From: Thermodesulfobacteriota bacterium
GTDB taxonomy: Bacteria > Desulfobacterota > Binatia > Bin18
Direction: 5' to 3'
Length of the DNA: 64,000 nucleotides
Assembly: GCA_964291405.2 (NCBI GenBank)
Contig: OZ219926.1
Span: 2,624,001-2,688,000, forward strand
Shown: one piece after another, positions 42,160 through 52,168 of the stretch
Numbering within the stretch: position 1 is the stretch's first letter
How the letters are laid out: every line of letters begins with the position of its first letter
Notes under the pieces: generated by a model
What the model was told of the DNA's origin: nothing
The model's database searches: none
The model's input: only the letters and a program-made list of their open reading frames with translations
Translations under genes and position numbers: made by a program

Positions 42160-43347
42160 ATGTCAGGACCGTTGGCTGGTTATCGCGTTATTGACGTCAC
42201 CCAGATGTTGTCAGGCCCCATGGCCACCATGATGCTGGGCGACCAGGGGGCGGATGTCATCAAGGTCGAACCGCCGGACACGGGCGATCTGACCCGTGCC
42301 CTGGGTGGAAAATCACGGCCTATCTCCCCGTTTTTTTCCACCCTGAATCGGAATAAGCGCTCGGTGGTCCTGAATCTGAAAGACGAAAAGGGCGTCGGGT
42401 TGCTCAAAGATCTCGTCGCCGGCGCCGATGTGTTTGTCCAGAATTTCCGGCCCGGTATAGCCGAGCGTATGGGGATTGGTGAGGACGTCCTGCGCCAGGT
42501 GAAACCGGACCTCATCTATGTGTCCATCAGCGGCTTTGGCGAAAAAGGGCCGTATGTCGGCAAACGCGTATATGATCCGGTCATCCAGGCGCTGTCCGGT
42601 CTGGCCGATATTCAGGCCGACCCGGACTCTGGCCGGCCGCGCATGATGCGGCTCATCATTCCCGACAAGGTCACGGCTCTGACTGCGGCCCAGGCTATTA
42701 CCGCCGCCCTCCTGGCCCGGGAACGGACCGGGGAGGGGCAGCATGTCCGGCTTGCCATGCTGGACGCGGTGGTCTCTTTTCTGTGGCACGAGGGCATGAC
42801 GCAGTACACCTTCATGGGCTCGGATATCGGGCCGGCCCGACCGGCTGACACGCGCGACCTGATCTTTGAGACCGCGGACGGCTATATCACCGCGGCCGCG
42901 GTCTCGGACAAGGAGTGGCAGGGGATGACGCGTGCCCTGGAGCGGCCCGAATGGTTGGAAGATGCCCGGTTCAGCACGCCTGCCGGGCGGGTCAAATACG
43001 CCGACGTACGTTTGGATCTGACGGCCGAGGTCTTGAAAGAAAGAAGCTCGGCCGAATGGCTGGAACGTCTCGATGCCGAGCAGGTGCCGTGCGCGCCGGT
43101 CAATCGCAAGGCCGACGTCTTGACCGACCCGCAGGTTGCGGCCAACAACCTGATTGTTGAATCCGACCATCCGCACGCCGGCCACATGCGCCAGGCCAGG
43201 CCGGCTGCGCGGTTCGAGGGCACGCCCGCGGAACTCCTGCGCCAGCCGGCCCCGCTGCTGGGCGAGCAGACCGACACGATTCTGACCGAACTGGGCCTGT
43301 CTGCGGACACCCTGGCCGAGTTGCGCGAGGCCGGCACGATTGCCTGA
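42160..43347 (+). CDS. Family III CoA transferase (CaiB/BaiF)
   Basis: GPLAGYRVID, GADVIKVEP, NRNKRS, NFRPG, APLLGE. Confidence 0.93.
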   Translation: MSGPLAGYRVIDVTQMLSGPMATMMLGDQGADVIKVEPPDTGDLTRALGGKSRPISPFFSTLNRNKRSVVLNLKDEKGVGLLKDLVAGADVFVQNFRPGIAERMGIGEDVLRQVKPDLIYVSISGFGEKGPYVGKRVYDPVIQALSGLADIQADPDSGRPRMMRLIIPDKVTALTAAQAITAALLARERTGEGQHVRLAMLDAVVSFLWHEGMTQYTFMGSDIGPARPADTRDLIFETADGYITAAAVSDKEWQGMTRALERPEWLEDARFSTPAGRVKYADVRLDLTAEVLKERSSAEWLERLDAEQVPCAPVNRKADVLTDPQVAANNLIVESDHPHAGHMRQARPAARFEGTPAELLRQPAPLLGEQTDTILTELGLSADTLAELREAGTIA

Positions 43348-43413
43348 CTGAAGAGGGTGGTGTGGTGAAGCAGAAGATTAGCAGCAATAATGCTACCCCA
43401 AGATGAGGACAGC

Positions 43414-43608
43414 ATGACACCAGAACTGATCGTTATCATCGCTGCAACCGTGGCCCTTGCCGGGCTTATCCTGAACGGTAATCGTGGCCTGACCCAGCGC
43501 ATGGACCGTCTGGAGGACCGGCTTGCAAGCGTGGAACGCGAGCAAGCCCACTTGGCCGGGTTGCTTGAAGGGCTTCGGGAAGCTATCAGCGGCCACCGTG
43601 CCGCCTAA
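43414..43608 (+). CDS. Small protein, N-terminal TM helix plus coiled coil
   Basis: MTPELIVIIAATVALAGLIL then heptads RMDRLEDRLASVE; GAGGA RBS. Confidence 0.65.
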   Translation: MTPELIVIIAATVALAGLILNGNRGLTQRMDRLEDRLASVEREQAHLAGLLEGLREAISGHRAA

Positions 43609-43682
43609 GCACCGCCTGCACTCTCCCACCTCACAATACGCACTATCGTTCGAGATAATGCAATATTGAGAGGTCAACTCAT

Positions 43683-44294
43683 ATGGACGCTGGGGAAGAA
43701 TATATAAACTGCCTTCTTGCTGACTTCACTTCGATAAAAGGAGAAATCGCAAGGCGATCAACTCTACAACGTTTCGTGCTGGTCGGTTTTGCAACGGTGC
43801 TGATACTCATATTTCAGCAATCTACCTCGTATACACTCACGTCTGATTGGATAATGGGACTATGGGTCAGCAGTGCTCTCTTCCTCCAGTTCTACATGAG
43901 AGAGCATATAGAAATCCGGCGTTTAGGAACCATCATAAAAAGAGAGATTGCAAGGGACGCAGGACTTATACTCGCCCGATCACCAATGAGCCTCTTTCAT
44001 TCAGAAACTCTTCTCGTAGACCAAGAAGAGCAAGATTGTCGAACGCTGTGGTATGACGCAAAGTTCAGATGCTGGACACAGCCTTATGATGCACAGTTTA
44101 ACTGGGCAGTGTTTTTTCTTCTACCATTCTTGATGACTTTAGGCTCTATTGCATCAGTGCCTTTTTCTTCCCTCTCCATGCCCTCAGCCAAAGAATGGAT
44201 TGCCTTTAGTGTGTTTTTTGGTGCAGTTCTCAGGTGTTTTCTTCTTTTGAAAAGACATGCCTATCCTATTTGGTATCGTGCACGCTATCAGTAG
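43683..44294 (+). CDS. Hypothetical multi-pass membrane protein, low GC
   Basis: 203-aa ORF with GAGG RBS, about four TM segments, visibly AT-richer than flanks. Confidence 0.65.
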   Translation: MDAGEEYINCLLADFTSIKGEIARRSTLQRFVLVGFATVLILIFQQSTSYTLTSDWIMGLWVSSALFLQFYMREHIEIRRLGTIIKREIARDAGLILARSPMSLFHSETLLVDQEEQDCRTLWYDAKFRCWTQPYDAQFNWAVFFLLPFLMTLGSIASVPFSSLSMPSAKEWIAFSVFFGAVLRCFLLLKRHAYPIWYRARYQ

Positions 44295-44423
44295 TGTCTT
44301 CGATGTTCTTAATCGTAAGGGAATAGTGTTGTTTTCACCTCCCTAGTCTGCTTCGTTCATACTCTGCCCAAGGTTATTTCCACCAAGAATGCCGACCTCG
44401 ATGGCTGGGCGAATTGAGGTTTT

Positions 44424-45623
44424 TCAAGCTGAACGCCCCAAGCGGCCGGCCTTCCAGAGCAGGACCAGCAGCACGACCCAGAACACCTGGGCACCAATAG
44501 CCGCCGCCCACAGGAACCAAGCCAGTTTGCTGGCAATGGCACACAGCAGCACGAGTAGAGAATAGTCGCGGCTGGTCAGCCCGGCGACCATTTTTTCAAT
44601 CCAGACATCTTCCCAGCCACCCCGCGCCCGGCCGGCGTCTTCGGTTTTCTCGGCTCGCGTTACCAATGGGAAGGAAATGAACGCGGCTGCGGCCAGCAGA
44701 CCGCCGAGCAGCGGGGCAGCAGCCAGTCCATCCTGTTTCCACACTGCCACCCCGACCCCGAGAAAAATGGCAATATGGACAACCGTATCCAGAGTGATGT
44801 CGAGCCACTCTCCCAGCGGCGATTCCAGCATTTTGACCCGCGCCACCTCTCCGTCCACGCAATCAAGAACGGTTGAGAACTGAAGCAACAGCGCCCCAAG
44901 CACCGACCCGCCATAACTGCCAAACAGAAAGCAGCTCGCGCCCAGCAGGCCGGTCAGAAATGAGAGAATGGTAATCTGATTGGGCATCAACGGGGTGCGG
45001 AGGAAAAGGCGGGTGAGCAGCCGGGAACAACTGCGATTGAGGTAAGCATCAACCAGACCGTCACGCGGGTTTTCCAGAGTAAGGAGAAAAGAGTGTTCGA
45101 CCGCACCCCAGTCGTCCTGTTGAGTCAAACGATACAAGAAGTGCTGACCGGAAGACCGCACCGGAAGCTGTTCGATATATTCTTGCGGCAGGTTGCCCCC
45201 CTGGGTCCAGGCCGCCAGCAGAGAAGGGAGCTGCGAAACAGGGACAACCGCCAGGCTTGTATGATTGGAGTCAAAGTGTACCTGCCAACCGTCCTTGCCT
45301 TCTTTCTCTACATCCTGAATCAGGGTCGGGCGGAAAAGCGTATCGCACGAGAAAACCAGACAGCGCCCCACGTCGGAAGGGAGATTCTCCGGCAGCGGAC
45401 CGTGCGGTGTGACCCATACCATGTCTGCGGTGAGCCGCGGGTCGTTTTCCAGCGAGCGTTGCAGGGCTGCCGTCTCTTCATGGCGGGCCAATACGTAGCA
45501 GACCTGTGCGCCCACCCGCTGGGCGGTCAGCAGTGCTCGTTTCAGCAGCGAGAGCCCGCCAAAACGTATTAGTGGAGACAGGGCGTTCACCCCTCCGGTT
45601 GAGATCACAGCAGTATGAACCAT
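44424..45623 (-). CDS. CDP-alcohol phosphatidyltransferase with degenerate N-terminal nucleotidyltransferase-like domain
   Basis: PNQIT, DCVDGEVAR...GEWLD...D signature; N-terminal GGLSLLKR segment; start uncertain. Confidence 0.85.
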   Translation of the reverse strand: MVHTAVISTGGVNALSPLIRFGGLSLLKRALLTAQRVGAQVCYVLARHEETAALQRSLENDPRLTADMVWVTPHGPLPENLPSDVGRCLVFSCDTLFRPTLIQDVEKEGKDGWQVHFDSNHTSLAVVPVSQLPSLLAAWTQGGNLPQEYIEQLPVRSSGQHFLYRLTQQDDWGAVEHSFLLTLENPRDGLVDAYLNRSCSRLLTRLFLRTPLMPNQITILSFLTGLLGASCFLFGSYGGSVLGALLLQFSTVLDCVDGEVARVKMLESPLGEWLDITLDTVVHIAIFLGVGVAVWKQDGLAAAPLLGGLLAAAAFISFPLVTRAEKTEDAGRARGGWEDVWIEKMVAGLTSRDYSLLVLLCAIASKLAWFLWAAAIGAQVFWVVLLVLLWKAGRLGRSA

Positions 45624-45724
45624 ACGTGACCCAAACCGATACATTCGGCTGCCGCTGCTGGCAAGCAGGGCCGAGAGCGCCCTTGATTGCCTCTGCCGAC
45701 TTGAACGCCTAGGATGCACTCAGA

Positions 45725-46534
45725 ATGAATACGGAACGGTCTGATAGGAAGCCCTGGTATGCGGTGTTCTGCCTGGGCGCGTACGGACTGAGTGGCCTGC
45801 TTCTGGTCGCGTGCGCCACGGAGAAAAAAGATTTTATGGCCTCGGCAAGAGAATTTGAAAGCCGGACCCTGTTTGCCCCGGCTATGAAGGAGTATGAAGA
45901 GGCCATTGAAGAAAACCCCAATAACGCCGAAGCCTATTATCGCATTGGGGCGTTGGCCAACGAGCTCGGCAATACGGAGTTTGCGGCGCAAAGATTCCGT
46001 CAGGCCCTGAATATCGATGCCAATCATCCGGGCGCGAAGCGAGCGATGACAACCTATCATATCAACCGTGGGACCATTGCCCGGCAACAGGGCCGACTGA
46101 GCGCGGCTCGTAGCGAGTTGCAAGCTGCGGTGCGGGTTGACCCACGTTCAAGCGTAGCCCAGCTTGAACTCGGACGAGTCCACGAAGCAGAAGGCCGCCT
46201 CGACGATGCTTTGCAAGCCTATATCGCTTCGGCTGAGACCGACCCACAAAACATTGACACCCAACTGGCACTCGGCCAGGGTTATCTCGCCCAAAAGCAG
46301 TACGCCGAGGCCGTGATAGCACTGAAGGCGGTGCTGGATGCCAACCCGGACAAGGCGGAGGCCTATACCGGTCTGGGGGAAGCCTATTTTCACCAGGGTC
46401 AGAAGCAGGCAGCCCAGCAGGCATTCGAGCAGGCCATTCGGCACTATCTGCTCAAAGGGCGGCGCGACTTGGCCAAACAGGTCAAAGAGCAGGCGGACGC
46501 CCTCTTCCCACCAGCTTCAGAGACCAAAGAATAA
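45725..46534 (+). CDS. TPR-repeat lipoprotein
   Basis: Lipobox LLVAC; repeated A...LG...G...A...Y..A...P units. Confidence 0.85.
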   Translation: MNTERSDRKPWYAVFCLGAYGLSGLLLVACATEKKDFMASAREFESRTLFAPAMKEYEEAIEENPNNAEAYYRIGALANELGNTEFAAQRFRQALNIDANHPGAKRAMTTYHINRGTIARQQGRLSAARSELQAAVRVDPRSSVAQLELGRVHEAEGRLDDALQAYIASAETDPQNIDTQLALGQGYLAQKQYAEAVIALKAVLDANPDKAEAYTGLGEAYFHQGQKQAAQQAFEQAIRHYLLKGRRDLAKQVKEQADALFPPASETKE

Positions 46535-46553
46535 CTCGGGCGGCCCATACAAT

Positions 46554-47867
46554 TCAGCGCTCCGGGGCAATGTCTTCAAGCGTGCGGCCGCTAGTCTCGG
46601 GAAAGACCAGCGCGACCAGCACCGGAGTGAAGAGCATAATCAGGACCAGGGTTGAAATTGCCGGCCAGTGCGACTGATACACGCCGTACAAGACCGATTC
46701 GAGTATCAACCCGATGCTTCCCCCCACCGTCGCAATAATTATTCGTGCTCCAGCAGCCGTTGAGCGGTAGGAGGTCGGGAAGAGTTCAGAGCCATACGCG
46801 GCCAGCACGACATTGACGCCGAGCAGGGTGAAAATCATCAATACCCAACTGGGAATCACAAACAGGGCCGGCACGTTGTAGTAGGCTATGGTGAACGTCA
46901 CCTGACCTATCAGAAAGCCCATCGTTACCTTCTTGCGTCCAATGCGGTCGCTCAGCCAACCGGCGAACGTGTTGCCCACAATCGCAAACGCCCCGGCCCC
47001 AAACGTCATCAGGCCCACGCCGCCCGGTGTCCAGCCGTGTACGTCCTGGAGATATTTGGGGCCGAAAAAATTAGCCGCCGACTCGGCAACGGCAACCACA
47101 AACAAAACCGTGGTCACGGCAAGAAGGCGGCCCGGATACATCTGTACGAGATTCACCAGGGGCTGAAGCATGGTGTTCGCGCGCTGCCGGCGATAGGCTT
47201 CGAATCGAGCCGTCTCCGGTAGCGCGCGGCGCCAGTAGGCAAGCAGCAGCAGGGGGCCCAGCCCAACCAGATACAGACCCCGCCAGCCATTTTCCATATG
47301 TCCGATCAGGGCAAAGAGCAGCGCGGCCAGCCCCGCACCCGTAGACTGGATGGCGGCTAACGCGCCAACGCCCCAACCTCGGACCTCGGGGTCAAATTCC
47401 TCGGCAATGACAACGACCGCCAACAGTGACTCGGCCACGGCAAAGGTCCGAGCGAAAAACTGGCACATCACAAAAATAGTGGCATTGGGCGAAAAAGCGG
47501 TGGCCCCCGTGAACAGGGTATAGGCCAGAATGGTGAACAGCAGCACCCGCCGCCGGCCGATGCGGTCGGCAACCAGGGCGACGCCAAAGGCCGGCAGCGC
47601 ACCAAAACGGACAATGGAGCCCAGATAGCCGAGTTGGTCTTCGGCAATCCCCAGTCCGGCCTGTATCTGTTTGAGCGACAGGGTGAACAGATACAGGTCG
47701 TACATTTCAAAAAAAGAGGCTGCCGCCACGAGGCCCAGCACGCGCCACTGCCGGCGGGTAAGGGCCGGCGGACGGCCCAGAAACCAGGCGAACCGCAACC
47801 AGCCGGGTCGATAGCTGCGGTCCGCCTCAGCAGACGAAATCGGTTGGCGAGAGATCGGATCGGACAT
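46554..47867 (-). CDS. MFS transporter (aromatic acid/sugar porter-like)
   Basis: FFEMYD, ADRIGRR, SDRIGRK, ELFPT..R, PETSGR.LE. Confidence 0.9.
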   Translation of the reverse strand: MSDPISRQPISSAEADRSYRPGWLRFAWFLGRPPALTRRQWRVLGLVAAASFFEMYDLYLFTLSLKQIQAGLGIAEDQLGYLGSIVRFGALPAFGVALVADRIGRRRVLLFTILAYTLFTGATAFSPNATIFVMCQFFARTFAVAESLLAVVVIAEEFDPEVRGWGVGALAAIQSTGAGLAALLFALIGHMENGWRGLYLVGLGPLLLLAYWRRALPETARFEAYRRQRANTMLQPLVNLVQMYPGRLLAVTTVLFVVAVAESAANFFGPKYLQDVHGWTPGGVGLMTFGAGAFAIVGNTFAGWLSDRIGRKKVTMGFLIGQVTFTIAYYNVPALFVIPSWVLMIFTLLGVNVVLAAYGSELFPTSYRSTAAGARIIIATVGGSIGLILESVLYGVYQSHWPAISTLVLIMLFTPVLVALVFPETSGRTLEDIAPER

Positions 47868-48014
47868 GGAAGCACGCTTTCGGCGCTGCTGGTCTATGCT
47901 CACTTGAGTCTAGGGGGTATACAACCCGGCCTCTAGTAGGGAACCCCCCGAAAATGCTAAACAGAGTGGCGTTCACAGGAAAGCATCCACAGGAAAGCAA
48001 AGGAGGGAACCTGC

Positions 48015-49250
48015 ATGGCAACTGCTGCACTCGACGCGCCGCTGACAAACGGAGCGACCCAGACCTGGCACGAGAAGTACAACTTCGACACCGGCCCCAT
48101 TCCGATTGAGCCGTATATCTCCGAGGAGTATTTCAGGCTCGAACAAGAGCGCGTCTTTCGGAAAGTCTGGCTGAATGTCGGCCGGATTGAGCAGATTCCA
48201 AACCCCGGTGATTATTTTGTCAAAGACCTGCCCATGTGTCGCACCTCTCTGATCGTGACCCGTGACAAAAAGGGCCAGGTCCGCGCCTTCCACAATATGT
48301 GTGCCCACCGCGGCAACAAGGTGGTGTGGAACAGCGGCGGCTCCTGTCAGAACTTCACCTGTAAATTCCACGGCTGGAGTTATGGACTCGACGGGTCACT
48401 CAAATTCGTGCCGGACGAGGAGAGTTTTTTTGATCTCAAGAAAGAACAATTAGGGCTGACACCGGTGGCGATCGATACCTGGGAGGGGTTTATTTTTGTC
48501 AACGTTGATCCCAACCCGACCGAAACCCTTCAGGAATACCTGGGCGAGTTTGCCGAACGGCTGAGCGGCTATCCCTTTGCCGAGACGTCCAGCCAATGTT
48601 TTTCGTGGCAAACGGAGATCAAGTGCAACTGGAAACTGATTAAGGACGCCTTTCAGGAAGCCTACCACGTGGCCTTCCTGCATACCCGCAGCCTGCCCGA
48701 CTCTTTTACCAGCCGTGACAATCCCTTTGGCCATGCGCTGGACTTCCGGCTCTTCAAACGCCACTGCCAGCTCTCCGCCTTCGGCAATCCCGAACACAAG
48801 CCCAGTCCGGTTGAGGCCCTGGCGTATAAAGCTGGCGCACTCATTATTCCTAATGAGTTCACGCGCGAATCCCTGCCGCCGGGGGTGAATCCCACTCGCG
48901 ACCCGCGTTGGTCGCTGGACCTCAACATCTTTTTCCCCAACTTTTTTGTTGACGTGGGCCACGGGACGTATTTTACGTATAATTTCTGGCCGTTGGCGGC
49001 TGACCGGTCCCTCTGGGAAGTGCGGTCGTATTTCCCAAAGGCGCACACCGTCGTCCAGCGTTTCAGTCAGGAATACAGCAAGGTCATCTTCCGCGACATC
49101 CTCACCGAAGACGCCAGTACGATGGAGCAGACCCAGCAAGTGCTGGCCTCGGGCGCGAAAAAGGAATTCATCCTCCAGGACCAGGAACTCCTGGTGCGCT
49201 TCGGTAACTGGGTGCTGGAAGACTATATCAACGGCGCACAGGCGCAGTAA
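48015..49250 (+). CDS. Rieske non-heme iron oxygenase alpha subunit
   Basis: CAHRG...CKFHGW Rieske ligands; NWK...EAYHVAFLH iron site. Confidence 0.93.
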   Translation: MATAALDAPLTNGATQTWHEKYNFDTGPIPIEPYISEEYFRLEQERVFRKVWLNVGRIEQIPNPGDYFVKDLPMCRTSLIVTRDKKGQVRAFHNMCAHRGNKVVWNSGGSCQNFTCKFHGWSYGLDGSLKFVPDEESFFDLKKEQLGLTPVAIDTWEGFIFVNVDPNPTETLQEYLGEFAERLSGYPFAETSSQCFSWQTEIKCNWKLIKDAFQEAYHVAFLHTRSLPDSFTSRDNPFGHALDFRLFKRHCQLSAFGNPEHKPSPVEALAYKAGALIIPNEFTRESLPPGVNPTRDPRWSLDLNIFFPNFFVDVGHGTYFTYNFWPLAADRSLWEVRSYFPKAHTVVQRFSQEYSKVIFRDILTEDASTMEQTQQVLASGAKKEFILQDQELLVRFGNWVLEDYINGAQAQ

Positions 49251-49270
49251 CGCAGGAATCTCACCGCGAC

Positions 49271-49298
49271 AGGGGCGACCTCCGGGTCGCCCTTTTTT
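49271..49298 (+). terminator. Intrinsic terminator-like hairpin (also REP-like)
   Basis: AGGGGCGACC-TCCG-GGTCGCCCTT-TTTT. Confidence 0.75.
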
Positions 49299-50079
49299 AT
49301 ATAAAGCGCTGCAAAAACGAGATGGCCGCTCGGTTGAAGGTCTCGGGCGCTTCAAGGTTGACCGCGTGCCCGGCGTCGGCCTCAACAACTTCCAAATAGG
49401 GTAAGGTCTGCTCGGCAAAGCGGCGGCGTGGCACGAAGCGCTCTTCTTGCGTTCCACATACCAGCAGGGTCGGCACCTGATTGGTTTTCATCAATGCCGG
49501 ATCAATGGGATCGGCGAGCGAGGTATAGCGCGCCGTGTAGGCCGCCCCCAGAGGATCGTGGCGCGTCGCATCTGTGCACAACGCCTGTTTGAATTCCGGG
49601 GCCAGACGGCGCGCATTCTTCGGGTGGACGGCGATTCTTTCGAGCGCAGCCGCCCCATCGCGCTTCGCCAGCGCAATCAGTTTGTCGGTCCCCGGCCGTA
49701 TCTCTCGTACCCAGTCCATACTGCTGAACGCGGTCGAGGAATTGGTCACCAGGTGAGCCAGGACTCGGTCCGGATGGGCCAGGACATAGCGGAGGGTCAG
49801 ACCGGCTCCAAGCGACTGACCAATGACAAACCAGTCTGCTACGCCGAGCGCTTCCCGGATGCGTTCAAACGCCTCGACGTAGCGCTCCGGAGCGTACTCA
49901 TAGGGGTCGTCGGGAGCGGGCGACCGACCGTGGCCGAACAGCTCAACCACCACCGGGCGGCACACCGTAGACAGCGCCTCCAGATTGGGCAGCCACTGCG
50001 CCCGGCTTGAGAGAAAGCCGTGCAGCATCAGCGCATACGGTCCCTGTCCGGCTCGGACTTCGTAGTATGGCAGCAGCAT
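49297..50079 (-). CDS. Alpha/beta hydrolase
   Basis: LHGF, GHGRS, GQSLG nucleophile elbow, AGHAVNLE; start at MLLPYY inferred. Confidence 0.88.
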   Translation of the reverse strand: MLLPYYEVRAGQGPYALMLHGFLSSRAQWLPNLEALSTVCRPVVVELFGHGRSPAPDDPYEYAPERYVEAFERIREALGVADWFVIGQSLGAGLTLRYVLAHPDRVLAHLVTNSSTAFSSMDWVREIRPGTDKLIALAKRDGAAALERIAVHPKNARRLAPEFKQALCTDATRHDPLGAAYTARYTSLADPIDPALMKTNQVPTLLVCGTQEERFVPRRRFAEQTLPYLEVVEADAGHAVNLEAPETFNRAAISFLQRFI

Positions 50080-50158
50080 GGACGGTGTTCCTAACACGAA
50101 CGCGGGTAAGCGGGATATGGGGGGATACGGTCTGCTTGAAAGTTCCTGTAACTGGTAT

Positions 50159-50629
50159 TCACCATTGCCGGACGGGCGATTCGGGCGACTGCGGACAGAC
50201 GCCAGGACACCCTTCCTGCTGAGAATAATCCGGCAATCCCTCAATCTGAGCCGGGTTCACCGCGCTGATCAGAAAGGTGCGCTTTTTATAATACAGCCGT
50301 CCTTCAAAGTGCAGCGGCAGCCCTTCGGCTGCGTCACTTTGTATATATTTCATGATAGAGGCCGGTCCAGTAAAGGAGAGAAAGCGCCCAAAATGGCGGA
50401 GCACCGTCGGCACAGAGTTGCCTGCCATCCGCACCTCAACATCCCGGATGCGCATTTTCCATACTTCGCCGGCCAGACTGATTTCAAAGTACGGGTACAG
50501 CTCGCCGATCTCATCGTCTGGGCGAATTAACACACCGGTCAACCGTATTGGGACACTCTGCGCGGCTACGCTGAGCGCGTCAGACAACAGGAGAAGAGCG
50601 ATAAAAAGTACACAAGCGGTCGGTCGCAT
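50159..50629 (-). CDS. Hypothetical exported protein
   Basis: Signal-peptide-like MRPTACVLFIALLLLSDALSVAA after AGAGG. Confidence 0.55.
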   Translation of the reverse strand: MRPTACVLFIALLLLSDALSVAAQSVPIRLTGVLIRPDDEIGELYPYFEISLAGEVWKMRIRDVEVRMAGNSVPTVLRHFGRFLSFTGPASIMKYIQSDAAEGLPLHFEGRLYYKKRTFLISAVNPAQIEGLPDYSQQEGCPGVCPQSPESPVRQW

Positions 50630-50763
50630 ACATCCTCTGTGTCTTCGTCGTCCGCCTGGTGAAGACTGCTGAAGGGCGGCAGGGAATATGGAAATACTCT
50701 GGTCACATATATGGATTCTGCTACAAGGCAGAGAAAGGATACGAGCAAGGAGCGACAGCACCC

Positions 50764-51018
50764 ATGAATACGGAACAGATCAAGAGTTCTCTCAATACCG
50801 AAGGCGCGGCCATGCTGTATTGGATTTGTCTGATGCTTGGTGTCTTCATGTGGACGATCGGCGAACTCACCACCACCTCGCACCTCCGACAGATATCACG
50901 CGATGTCGAGGAACTGAAGTCGCTGGTGGAGGAGGTCCAGGAGCAGACCGAATGTGTGGAGATGGCGCACGGGACCGACCCTAAGCGTAACGTCTCCAGC
51001 CAACCACCGACAATATGA
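50764..51018 (+). CDS. Hypothetical small membrane protein
   Basis: AAGGAG RBS; TM segment LYWICLMLGVFMW followed by coiled coil. Confidence 0.5.
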   Translation: MNTEQIKSSLNTEGAAMLYWICLMLGVFMWTIGELTTTSHLRQISRDVEELKSLVEEVQEQTECVEMAHGTDPKRNVSSQPPTI

Positions 51019-51030
51019 GCAAGACAGCCA

Positions 51031-51063
51031 GTAGGCCTGATTAGCCTCAGGCGTCATCCGACA
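51031..51063. repeat. GTAG-type REP-like element (degenerate)
   Basis: GTAGGCCTGATTAGCCTCAGGCGTCATCCGACA, related to 32908-32937. Confidence 0.5.
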
Positions 51064-51205
51064 CCGCTAGCGAATCGGTTACCATCAATATCGCCGCAAT
51101 CCGCCGCGCCACCTCCGCAAAATACCACACCTCCTCTGACCTTAGCGCCCGCCCCAGCACTGCCCGTTCACGGTACGATAACCACTTTTTAAGCACCTGA
51201 TAGCG
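51047..51205 (-). pseudogene. C-terminal remnant of a type ISP restriction-modification enzyme
   Basis: Manual translation RYQVLKKWLSYRERAVLGRALRSEEVWYFAEVARRIAAIL...stop; no upstream coding continuation. Confidence 0.65.
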
Positions 51206-51292
51206 GCCGGCATGCCGCCTGTTGTGGCTGAGTCCGGGCCGACAGGCAAGACCCGTACGGGCAAACCTATCCTGACCCTTCGACTAACCAGT

Positions 51293-51320
51293 GTAGGGGC
51301 AATTCATGAATTGCCCCTAC
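51293..51320. repeat. Perfect 28-bp GTAG-type palindrome
   Basis: GTAGGGGCAATTCATGAATTGCCCCTAC. Confidence 0.85.
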
Positions 51321-51424
51321 GGAACCCCGCAGAAGATAGGGCGTATTGTGGGCGGGGTGACGCGGCCAAGCCTCTTCCCGTATGATGTATTCCGATCCAA
51401 CACATCTGGAAGGAGTACCTCGTC

Positions 51425-52030
51425 ATGCACCTCTACGATTTTCCGCAGTCGCCCAACTGCCGCCGGGTGCGGATGTATCTGGCGGAAAAAGGGATCACTC
51501 TCCCTCTTAAGCCGCTCGACTTGTTGAGCGGAGAGCAGAGAACACCAGCCTATCTCCATAAAAATCCCTTTGGCGCAGTCCCGCTGCTGGAACTCGACGA
51601 CGGCTCGGTCATCCCGGAGTCACTGGCCATTATCGAGTATCTGGAAGAACTACATCCCGACCCGCCGCTGTTTGGCACGACACCGTTTGAACGCGCCCAG
51701 GTGCGAGTGTGGGAGCGCCGGGCGGAGTTTGGCGTCTTGCTCCAAGGGACCCGCCGCTTTTTACATACCAGCCCGTATTTTGCCGAGCGGATCGAACAAA
51801 GCCCGAAAGTGGTCGAGGAAGCCGGTCAGGTGCTCAGCGAACGGCTCTCCCTTTTCAACACGCATTTGCAAGACAACGAATGGCTGGCCGGTGCCTACTC
51901 GGTGGCCGACATCTCGATGTTTGTTGCCATTGAGTTTGCCGCCATGTCGAACTTTCAACTCGATCCGGCCTGGGTGCACGTACAGCGCTGGTACTCGGCC
52001 GTACGAAAACGTCCAAGCACACAGGCCTGA
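51425..52030 (+). CDS. Glutathione S-transferase
   Basis: SPNCRRVR, NPFGAVP.L, ESLAIIEYL, SVADI. Confidence 0.92.
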   Translation: MHLYDFPQSPNCRRVRMYLAEKGITLPLKPLDLLSGEQRTPAYLHKNPFGAVPLLELDDGSVIPESLAIIEYLEELHPDPPLFGTTPFERAQVRVWERRAEFGVLLQGTRRFLHTSPYFAERIEQSPKVVEEAGQVLSERLSLFNTHLQDNEWLAGAYSVADISMFVAIEFAAMSNFQLDPAWVHVQRWYSAVRKRPSTQA

Positions 52031-52168
52031 CCCGTTTTCTCACGTATGCTGCAAATGAGGCTGTCCGGTGGTTGGCCGGCAGTTTTGCCCTCACACTCAG
52101 CCTGAGCTTGTCGAAAGGCTGGGTGAGGGGTACAACGACTGCCGATACTGCGTGAGAAGGAGAGGAAT

